NCBI GenBank assembly: GCA_012295275.1
Contig: CM022667.1
Span: 1,240,001 to 1,304,000, forward strand
Direction: 5' to 3'
Length of the DNA stretch: 64,000 nt
Source: Chrysomallon squamiferum
Lineage: Eukaryota; Animalia; Mollusca
Positions 1-10,846 of the stretch are shown in pieces. The notes below the pieces were generated by a model, which was not told the DNA's origin, made no database searches, and saw only the letters and a list, made by a program, of their open reading frames with translations. Numbering within the stretch: the first letter of the stretch is position 1; each line of letters starts with the position of its first letter. The translations under genes and the position numbers were made by a program.

Positions 1-2572
1 TTAAATCAAACAGGTAATCAACACAAAGAATAACCGGTTATTTTCATATTTATACATTTAACAGCAGCATCCAACACAAACAGCTATGGAGAAATTAACT
101 TTTTGGTATTAAATATAAATATAAAAGGAAGAAAAAAGATTACTAAAGAAATTTATACATGCACTGACTGAGGTCATTAAAGATTTATCTATCTGAGTAC
201 GAGAAATATCTATGAAAGCAATAAATATAATAAACTTCCATCAATTATATATATATATATATATATATATCTTTTTTTTTTAATTTTAAAAAATATTCCC
301 TGTCAAAAAGTCTTCATGTATAATAGTGAAAACAGTAACTGAAATAATTTATAATCAATGCTAAACCATGCAGTACAGTCGTTTCTAAATTCAGTCTGAT
401 ACCAGCTGACATACGGAACAAGAAATAAATAAGGTTTTTTTTTGCTTCGCCCCCACAAAATTCAAAACTAACTACACTAGAACAAATCCTAATACTACTT
501 TAAGAAAACGACAACATCGAAAAATCACAGCTGAACCTTGAGCTCTCAGTTACACACAGGCACACAAATTATTTCGTATATACAATCTTGTTTACGGTAA
601 CAAATGACAAAGTCTTCAATGTAAAATGACCCCCAAAAATTTCTTCACTGAATAACGTTTGATAAAAATCAGAAGAAGAAAAAACACAGAGCAAATGGAT
701 CTTTCTTTTTTTTTTCTCTTTTTTTTTAATACTTTTTTTTTTTTATCTTTCTTAATAAATTTCTAATAATTTATTCTGAAAATGTTTCAATCTGCATTAA
801 ATATACTGGACTATCTGGCTCCAATTACATTCCAAATATGTAAGATATTTAATGAATAATGCAAATTAGGCTTTTACTTTTTAATTATATTTATTTTTTA
901 TTGCTTTTTTTGTTTTGTTCAAATGTGACTAAAACAGAAGAGTTTTTAAATGAACCTTTTCTTTTTAATTTATAAAATTAAATTTTTTTTTTCAAAAAAG
1001 CAATTTGCATTTAATTATACTTTAATGCAATTTTTTTTCTTTCATGAAGATCATCACATCATCTTTGTTCGGTGCTTTTAAAACACTGAGTGACCTCTAC
1101 AAAGATTATTCTCCTATTCTGATTATCTCACTTTTCACACTACTAAAATGATTCATCTAAATGCTACTCTACCATCTAAACCAATAAACAAACTGAAAAA
1201 GAAAAAATTAACAGGATGATGAAAACTACTCGGATGTCTTCTCGCATACAGCAGATGGATATAAAACAATGAGCAAAAGATGACTGATGATAAAAGAGTT
1301 TGCTTTCAAAAACTTTTATATCAAAACTATAAGTAAAATCCACCTATACAAAAGTATATCATCTATTCCAGCACCATAACGTTTAATATTACATCATCCA
1401 ACCTAACAATGTTGCTTCTTATTTACCGACAAACAGAAAAGAAAAAAATTATATACAGGACTTCGTAAACATTCTAGGTGCATGCACTTAGTGCAACCCA
1501 TGATGATATATCATTTAAAAAAAAATTCAACATCTATATTGATGCTAAAACAATTTAGGAAAAAACAAGAAGTTGTGTTGACATAAGTAATATTAAAGTG
1601 CATCTTAATTTAAAACTTGTTTTTAACTACTATTCACGGCCATAAAAATTGCTAAATAATCTTTTTTTTTTAACATTAATTTAATATAATGAAAACATGA
1701 CATTTAGTATCTAAAATACAGCAAGTCAACCAACTCACCATTCATAATCAAACTTTCCAAAGCTACCCTGTTAGGTAAAAATTCTGAAAGTCTTGTCATT
1801 TTTAGATCATGTCTGACTTTTGATAAAATAAAATAAATTATTGTTTAAAATTGTATCTTCATATCTATTTTACACAAAGGTTAAAAATTTTAAAAAATAT
1901 ATGTATGTGAACCAATTTTTGGAAGTATTTTGAATAAAAAAAAAAATCAAATTATTATTTAATATTTTATAATTTTTAAGAAGAGACCAAAAAAAAAAAA
2001 AAAAAAACAACCCATAAAGTTAAACAGACTTTTTTGAGTTTTTAATGTTTTGTGCGATTCAGATTCAGTTTATCCAGCTAAATCTTGTTTATATTACATC
2101 AGTTTTGCCACAGAGAAATAATTGCAAAATACCAATATATTTATAACTGATTTTAAACCTTCTTTTTTTTGCTCTCCTGATGTACCAATATCATTTAGTT
2201 ACCACAATTTCCATCATGTTATTTCTCAAAACTTATATCCATTATTCCCAATATAAAATTACTTTTTAAAAGATTCAGACTCTTGCCTTTCCCTTTTTAT
2301 TAATATTAAACAATTATTGACTTCACTATTCCTCAAGAATTGTGTTTTAAAAAAATATAGCTCATTACTAGCAACAAAAAAGATGTTCAGGTATTTGCAA
2401 CACTGGACCCATTCGTCCGAAATAAAAGACTCCAGATAGATGCATTATGCGTACAAAATCATTCTGTAAAACTATGACAAATCTTATAAAGGTGTGTTCA
2501 TGAGAACATATGCCATGCAAATACTGAAATGAAAAGGAGCCTCGTTAATGCCCTAAAAAAACCAGGATGCGC

Positions 2573-2962
2573 TCATACAACTTGGAACAGAATAATGCGG
2601 AAATTTATAGTCTTTGTAGCCAGCAGTTTGTTGCACTCGAGCGAATCCACGATGGGTAGTTCTTTCAGCTCTGACTCGGTGCTGTCGGAGGTGAACTCAT
2701 GCTCGAATATCGCTGGCTTCACTTTCATCTCGCCATACGGTCCCTTCAGGGCCAGGAAATGCAAGCGGATCGGGGGCGTTGATTCGACTCTTGAGGACAA
2801 GCTGATAGGACAGACTTCGGCTGATCGTGTGAGCTGGATTCTTCTTGTCGCTGTTCACCCTGGCCTTGATCACCCACTGGTAGTTGAATGCCGAGAAGCG
2901 GCTGGTCTCGTAGAAGAGCTTAGTGATAAAGTCGTCAGTCCTATAGGGCTTAAGCTGCAGAT
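2573..2962 (-). CDS. CYHR1: CYHR1 coding exon 4 (C-terminal domain), contains an apparent +1 frameshift
   Basis: Acceptor TTCAG|AT; homology runs in ORF 2697..3008 up to KSRINAP, then continues in ORF 2573..2800 ([13 protein letters not shown]...FQVV*). Confidence 0.92.
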
Positions 2963-5900
2963 CTGAATTGCAATGAACAGTAACAGTAATAACGATAATA
3001 AAAATCAAACTAATTAAAAAAAATAAATAATAATCATCTCCGGTCAGGACATATTTTAGTTCTTAACTTTTGTAATTATTTATATTTAAAATCTGTCTGG
3101 AGAAATGATAACAGAAAGGAATGGAATGCTGAATTGTTCTACTTATTATCTATTTATAAACAGATTTTTTATTCTTTTTTGGATCACATCCAAGAGAATT
3201 TCCAACCTTTCAAATTAATTAATTTATTTCAAATTTAACAGTCAGCATTACTTTCTACGGCTGTAAGACAAACCATTAAACGTGATCTTTTCGAACGACA
3301 GCAGTGAGTAGACTGTGCTGTAGATCTGCTGCTCTTCGAGTCGCTTCTCATCCAGCTCTCTCAGGGTCTCAATGATTTCAATCCCAGCCTTCTTAGGGTG
3401 GATGCAGTCGTCTTCATGAGCAGCCACCTCGTGGAAGGGGCCAAGCCAAGGACAGCCGATCCGGGCGTATTTGCACGTGGTAGGCCTGTAGAAAAAAAGA
3501 AAGAATGAGCAAAACCCTGTTTCCTAAACCCATGGGACTGCAGTTGTGATGTCTGCTGTTGAAGAAGGGGTACTGCATGTCAGAAACGGTGCTTGCTGGG
3601 GTTGTTTTTTTGTACGTGGTGTACGCGATACTCACAATTCACAGACTGTTCACGTCAGTTATCTCAAGACATCTGGCCATTTTCTGTAAAGCATTGTCTG
3701 TAAAGCTACGTTTTGAAATGTATAGATTTATAAAAGAAAATTTACAACAGCAAATTTGTAAAAAAGAAAATATGAAATTCAAAGAATATATATATATATA
3801 AATGCATTTCTGGTCATTTGACATTTACTTGGTTATGTAAACATTAGTTTCTGAATTGAGAAGGAAAAAAAAAACTAATGTTTTTTTGTTTTATTTATAT
3901 TAGGGAATAAAATACTTTTTACAATTACATTTTATATTTATATATAAATTTTTTAAACTTTTTTGTTTAAAGTAATTAAACAGAACCAAATTAAGAGCTG
4001 TAGAAGTTAATTTTCTTTTTTAAATGTTAAAAAAAAATAACAATCCAAAACAAAGTGGATTGCCATGAAAGGTATAATTAGACAAAACTGCTGTAGTCAA
4101 ATCTAAACTAAGATTAATTAATTAATTAATTAATTGAGCTCTTTCAGCCTAAATGTTACAACATTCTTGGTTGAACGGTTTTACCAAATTATTTCTGTTA
4201 ATATAAAGTGCAATATCTCTCAAGTGCAAAGAGCTCTGGATGACATTTTCTACAGATACTTGAAAGGAAAGACAGACTAAATTCAAGCTGACATTGCCTT
4301 TAAATACATAGCATTGTGCAGCTGGGTATGTAGTCTTGCCCTACCTCTATTCAACAATTTAAAAAAAATATATTTCTATTAGAGAAATCTTTTTAAATTT
4401 TAATTTTTAATCTACACCCAAATTAATTTAATGGAATATTTTTAAAAAATATATATATATATATAATAATATATTTATAATTTAATTAATTACAATTAAT
4501 TATTTATTTTCCAGAGGCTCCATATAAAAGAGATTTTAAAAAATACAAAAAAATTGTAACAGTTACAGCTTTTACTCATACATGTAACACTGAATGGGAA
4601 AAAAAAAAAAAAAAAGAAAAAAAAAAAAATAAAAAATATAAAAAAAAGAAACACATTTAAATAATGTTTTGACCACAACATACACATACGACCTCTGCAT
4701 GCCTGGTAAGCATGAGAAAGACATAAAATACTTGCCGCCTATTCAACAGTTGCCACCATTATCAACTGTTATAGAACTCCATAACTAGGCACCAGGTTTC
4801 TTCTCCCTAAGACATCGTCGTGCTATACTCCATTCCTATGTAGAAACGATAGAAAGAAAGGAACGTGTTTCTCATTAAACATGTACAGAATGCCTAACAC
4901 AAGTCGCAAGGAACTGTATGTGTTTCCCCCATAACACATGCAGTTACTTGCCGCTACAAAACGATAAACCTGTGGAGAAAAAGAAGTGGGATTAGTTTTT
5001 TGTCTAACTTAACTTATCAGGCTATCCCTGTTAGGGAGTCGCCTCTTACCTCTCCTGACACATTTCTCTCTCGTGTCCATTCACCATGTTGCGTGGCAGC
5101 TTCTGGCCGCAGTACTGGCAGTCGGTGGGCAGTTCGGACGCAGCCTTCTCCACGGCAAGATTGCGGGTGCACAGACTTTTGGAGATCTCGCATCGGCAGT
5201 TGGGGCAGGTTGCCATCTCATCCTTGAGTCTAGCGTCAGCTAGAAGATGATTGAAGCAACCTGCACACATCAGGTGCCCGTTTGTACACTGTAATAAACG
5301 AGAAAAATAGAAAAAAAAAAAAAAAAAAAAAATGAAATATAAAAGTTTAAAAACAAATTTTTATTTTTATTTTTGCTGTTTTTCTGTTTTTCTTATTAAC
5401 TGGTAGAATTATGAAATATTCTTCAAATTATTGTGATAAAGCTGTTTAAAATAAATGTGTTATTAAATATGTTTGATGGCAACTAATGTAACTAATGTAA
5501 CACTGAAGTAAGATGGCACATTATCATGCAAAATAAAATTTGTTATCATAATTTCTAAACACACAGTTAATATAAACTCAAATTTTAGATAAAATTAAAA
5601 TGGATAATTTATTTTACTTTATTATATATATATATGCAGTTGTTATTCTGCTAGTGAGAAAAATACAGCAAATAATTTAAAAAAAAAAAGATGTCTGTCA
5701 CTGCCCTATGTGAGTTTATTAAATGTCATTTGCACACACTGAATTCAACGGTCGAAATAGGTCGAGCAGCTGACACGTTCTAATCACGTGATCCAAGCTA
5801 AACGGGACAGGATTTCCCAAAACAACGTTAGCACTTGTACGTTATTTGCTTTAGAAATGCACGAATCATTGAAAGAATTGCATTACTTAAAATTGTGCAC

Positions 5901-6428
5901 GATATAACAAAAAATAATAATTTCAAAAGTTAGAATATATATTGTTTTAGTATACAGACAGAATTTCCAACATGCATATTAGCTCGGTCAGCTGACGACA
6001 TCAGGGACATACTTGGTCAGCTGCCAAGATCGAGATACCGTCGATCTGACATTTACAACCATGACCCTGTTAAACATTTTACTGTTATAATTTAATATAC
6101 AGTTTGATAAAAGAAAAAACAGAGACGGCCCCTTGTGTTGATTTTCTCTGTGAGCAGTTTTTTTCACTAACGTTTGAAAATTATAGATTTATATTGTAAT
6201 ATTTGTTGTAAAATTCAAGCTGCCCACCTGATAACAAGTCCTTGGCAAATCGAGACAAACTGCACAGCATAATATGCCACTCAAACGGTCTTCTAGTTCT
6301 GGTCCAAATTTGCAAAAGGAATCTGAAGTCTTAATCTTCTTTTTCGGAGGTTCAAACGACATCAGATTTTCCTTTTCTTCATTTTGGTCGCGCAGATCTT
6401 GTCGATTTTCGTCTGCACTCTCTGCCAT
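2573..6428 (-). CDS. CYHR1: Cysteine- and histidine-rich protein 1 (CYHR1/ZFTRAF1; RING + TRAF-type zinc finger), 4 coding exons: 6228-6428, 5050-5288, 3274-3485, 2573-2962; ~346 aa once one extra base at 2772-2776 is removed
   Basis: The spliced translation has [96 protein letters not shown] and [23 protein letters not shown], which I recognise as CYHR1-family sequence. All introns are GT-AG with compatible phases 0, 2, 1. Confidence 0.95.
3274..3485 (-). CDS. CYHR1: CYHR1 coding exon 3 ([20 protein letters not shown]...[10 protein letters not shown])
   Basis: Acceptor TTTCTACAG|G, donor G|GTTTGT; 212 nt, open in the frame required by exons 2 and 4. Confidence 0.93.
5050..5288 (-). CDS. CYHR1: CYHR1 coding exon 2 (RING/zinc-finger region, CTNGHLMC...EMCQER)
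   Basis: Acceptor TTACAG|TGT, donor AG|GTAAG; 239 nt; overlaps ORF 5046..5270. Confidence 0.95.
6228..6428 (-). CDS. CYHR1: CYHR1 coding exon 1 ([11 protein letters not shown]...LDLPRTCYQ)
   Basis: ATG in AAGATGGC context at 6428; donor CAG|GTGGGC at 6227; 201 nt, phase 0. Confidence 0.9.
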
Positions 6429-6429
6429 C

Positions 6430-6700
6430 TTGTTTGTTTGTAAATGTTGAGTGACGTCAGAACAAGGAATAGAGATTCCCATAACGTCATTTTTAACCAA
6501 TCAATAATTAAATAGGCGGACTGAATCTTTAATACCAGCCAATCGGAAAATGAATATCCGAAGGTCAAAGTGCGATGTGCATTGGTAATAACATAAGACT
6601 TGAAGCCTTTCCGTAACTAAGCAACAACAAACTTCAGCTGCTGTCGGCAGTATATTACCTCATTACTGACCAATGGAAATGAAAGTAGGTTGCAGCATGA
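6430..6700 (-). promoter_or_regulatory. CYHR1 proximal promoter / 5' UTR region
   Basis: Perfect CRE TGACGTCA at 6452-6459, CRE-like TAACGTCA at 6482-6489, and CCAAT/ATTGG boxes at about 6497, 6539, 6581 and 6670, all immediately upstream of the ATG. Confidence 0.6.
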
Positions 6701-8037
6701 ATGCTAGGAATGCTGCATCATCTGCAAGCGAAAACATTAACTATACCATCTATACATTAATTTATAAATTCGTTTGCTTGAGGTAGATGTTTTTAGAAAT
6801 TAAATTTAGTGAAAAGACATATTAAATAGTTTTAAATACTTTTTCTTTCTTAGCCCCTCCTCCTTTTTTTTTTCATAACATAGACGATAGAATGCAATTC
6901 AAAGTTGTGAATGTGGCTAAAAATACACATCAATCAATAACCAGCCAGTTCATCTCGGTAAACTTATTGTGACCACGCTTAATGTCATTGTCAAAATCTA
7001 GGTTAACGTTCAAAATACGGTCAGTGGTAAATTGTCGGCAAAAAAAGAGAAATATTTCAGTGTATTTATTATTATAACTTATGTATTCATTTATGTCGTT
7101 TAACAACAAAAGCTATACAGTAATATTGAAATGGAATAATGTTATGTGTGTGTGAAATGAAAATAAAACTGTTTTAATTAAAATGGACCATAAATTTTGC
7201 ATTCATTCTTTTGTTGTTTTAATCTCAATTATCAATCATAAATCTTTTCTTTTACTTTTCTTTTTTCAAGTCAAATACACATATTAATTTATTTTCTTTA
7301 AATATTATATCAGAACTATATTTATAAACATTACTAACAAAATAAGAAAATAACTAATAAATAATATAAAATTATTTTTAAATAAATATATAGAAAAGGC
7401 AAAGGCAAAACATGATATTGAGTATCTTATTTAAGTTATACCAATTTTATTTATTACTGACAACACACATTATTTTAAATTTTTTGAGACTGACAAATTT
7501 ACATCAACTGCAGTAACAATTTAGACAAGTCGGTGTTTCTTTTCTTGCTTAAAATAAAAACAATATCCAAGTATTATTTTGTACATGAAAAAATAAGTTT
7601 AAATTTAGAAATTATTTTAATCAATAACTAGTAATACTATAACCACTACTTTTGTGGTAAGCAGTTATGTTTTCATAATAATACATCTGTATGTATTTCT
7701 AGGTACTTATGTACTGTTGAGGTAATCATTTTTTTAATAATTTTTTTTTTTTTTTGAAATGTGACCTGACATGCATGAAGTGATAATATTCATTCAGTTC
7801 AACGTATAGCCAAAATAAAAATATTCATTGTAACCCTCATTCCATCTCATGATTTTCAGAACAGTCAAGATTTTACATTTCCATCATAGACATCATTTGC
7901 TGTGATCAATTCACAATGACTTCAACATTCTCTGGACACAAGGCAGTTTCATAGATCATACTTTGTGATGTATTTTGTTTATTTCTACTTTTATATCATG
8001 ACTGAACGTGGTTAGCTCTTATTTTCCAAAGTATTAA

Positions 8038-8716
8038 GGGGACAAGGGTGGCAAAAATTAAAAAAAAAATAAGAAACACGATGGAAATAATCTCCTTTTG
8101 TTACCGTAAGAAACCAGAATTATTTTTTTTTAATTTTTAAAAAGTTTTTTATGAAAAATAGTTACTTCAATTTTTGGCTTTTTTTAATAATAGTAACCCA
8201 TTTATCAGCCTTTCCAAACCAATCAATGTGTGTATATGTATATATATATATATTATTGAAACTGCTGGGGTTCATTATAGAAATGTATTTCTATAAAAAA
8301 AAAATAAAAAAAAGTCTTTGTTTAATACTTCAAAAGAAATAAAAAAAATAATATCTGTATTGTTTTTCATTCGTATTTTGAAACATTGTATAAAGATTAT
8401 ATGAAAATAATTTTTTCACAAGATTTTCTTATTGTCATTTGTATTGTTTATTTTTAAATATATATTCCAAATTTGGAAACTAACATATTCTTCATACATT
8501 TTTCCAAAAAGGTTCTTTAAAAAGAACAAATGTCAACTTATTATGCCTACAGGGGTGATGTTACACATTATATAATCTAATGTGTATGCACTTTCTTTTG
8601 CAAAAAACCTGAGACCTTTATCTGATAAAGTAAATATTTTCTATATATTTTCTAAACTGTTGTCAAAAATAACAATTGTTTATTAAATTTTTTTAGTTTT
8701 TGCCTAGCATGTCCCC
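8038..8716. mobile_element. Non-autonomous DNA transposon (MITE), Kolobok-like, 679 bp
   Basis: Imperfect terminal inverted repeats GGGGACAagggtGGCAAAAAtTAAAAAAA (left) and GGGGACAtgctaGGCAAAAAcTAAAAAAA (right, reverse complement), flanked by TTAA at 8034-8037 and 8717-8720. TTAA target duplication with purine-starting termini fits Kolobok rather than piggyBac (CC termini). No transposase ORF. Confidence 0.75.
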
Positions 8717-10766
8717 TTAATTACAGCAAGCACATTAAGTGTTATTCCAATAAGTAATGTATGAAATCTAAAATCCCATCCTAACAAATAACCACTGGTG
8801 ATGCTTATAAAGTATTTCCATTACACAAAACAAACAACTTACTATCTTCCTGACGTGAACAGTCTGATTAATTCTTTTATGAAAAGTTTTTACAATTTTT
8901 CCCCAGCACTGTTCACATATTTTATCAATTTGCTAATCCAGAACTCCAAAATGATTTGGTATTGAGTGGTAATTGTTTATTTTTTTTTTCTGCAAAAAAA
9001 CAACAGACAACAAAATCTTTCAAATGATACTGCATACACAAATACATTCACATTCCATAACCAGAGACATCAAAAATACACTGTACAATTTATTTAAAAA
9101 GATGGAAGTGTTAAAAACAAAGCACACTGAACATTTAAATCATTCACAATTCTTTGAGCAATGTGGGATGTTAGAAAAATAATGAATCATTGAGAAAAAG
9201 AAAAACAAATTGTGCAGTTTTATTATTTCAATTGTATTTAACACGGATTAATGTTTTGCCAATTTCATTTGACAGACTAAAATTAAATTTCTCTGTGGGT
9301 TAAATATGGATCATTTTACAGTTATCAGTACCAAGTCTGTACTGAACAATTATTTAACAAAGAAATAAAATTATCTCACTATTTCATCAATTCCAAAGAT
9401 AATTATTCTGTCACATGAACATATTTATTTATGGAAAAAGTAGTTACTTTTTGATTTCATGCACACTAAAGAATTGAACATAAAAGCATTTTAGTTCTTT
9501 CTATTTGGGAAAAAGAGACAACTGTCAGAAAATTATAATTTCATTTTTAATGAACAAATAAAAAATATACTTTATATTCAACAACTAATGACAATCTGTT
9601 TCTATACAAATGTATTTAACTACAAGAATTTCAAGTCTAAACATTTTTTTTTAAATTGTATCCGTGGCAGAATAAACAACTAATGCTTAATAGAGTTTGG
9701 ATGCTTTCAAATAATTGTTTTAATTTATGCCCGATATATTTTAATAAAATATAACATAATAAACAATTTTTTTTCAAATGAAACAAAAACATCATTTAAT
9801 AGTTGAAATATTTTAAATTTATTTTATTGTTAGTGTTATTAGGAAAAACCTGATCACTAAAAAAAAAAAAAACTTCAGCTGCTTTCTGCCAACGATACAC
9901 ATTAAGTTAACTATATATTAACAACTACTATTATTAATAATACAAATAAATACCAAGCATACAAATAAGAATTTCGGAGAAAGTTTAATCATTTTCTGTG
10001 TATCAAATACTGGATCTTTAGTTAATATATCTTGGTGTAAACAAGCATAATTTTATATCCTGATTATGGCATGAAATTAATGCACTGGCAGAATGGACAA
10101 TTTAAAAAGCGTAGCAAAAGAAAAATGAAAAGTTAACATGAACAAATGTTCAACATTAATTGGAATGGTATTAGTATATCCAAGTATTGATCCAGTCACC
10201 AGAGATCTTGAAAACAAACATCGGTTAAGTACTTAAAACTATCTTTTTACATAGTCATATGTAGCCAAAAATTTGTTTTTACACGCTTTTTAAAACAAAA
10301 TATTCACAGATGTCTGTATATTTTGCATAGATTCTTCAGTTTGTTTTCAACTTTTCTAAGATGGGAATGAAGTTAAACAACAACAAAAAAAAACCCCACT
10401 GCATATTCTTTAAAATTAATCCACTCTAAAAACTGTTAGAAGATAAATCATCATTAAGTGTCAGCACTACTAAAAAAAAAACAATCTTAGAAATCCAATG
10501 TTTTCATTGGTAAAGGCCATTTATTATTATTTTTTTTTTTTAAACTTTAAGACAGTTACAACCACACATCCTCAAATTAAATGATTTAACATTTTGTTTT
10601 TATTATTTAATAATTAAAAATCTAAAATGCGTTGCTTGGTTCCGACGCCTCTTTTTGCGTGGTGTATATATTTTATTATGGAAAATTGTTATCAGTTCTG
10701 GAGAAATAAGATTTTTAATGACAACCGTCAGAGAAAGTTTTAGAGAAAATTCTTTGTGCCATTCAG

Positions 10767-10846
10767 TTACTCTTCTCCAGATCCCGAAGATCTTTTGCTT
10801 CTTCTTTGACGCGGTGACTGCTTTGGGGTGCGTCTCGGGGACCGAT
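10767..10846 (-). CDS. SSR1: SSR1 last coding exon ([26 protein letters not shown])
   Basis: Acceptor CTTTCAG|AT, stop TAA at 10769-10767; typical basic TRAP-alpha tail. Confidence 0.93.

Noticed and set aside
2529-2966. 145-aa plus-strand ORF
   Set aside because: Antisense shadow of the GC-rich CYHR1 exon 4; no recognisable protein, and it depends on the suspect frameshift base.
6429-6500. N-terminal extension of CYHR1 suggested by ORF 6189..6500
   Set aside because: The extension overlaps CRE/CCAAT promoter motifs; the ATG at 6428 has the better context (AAGATGG).
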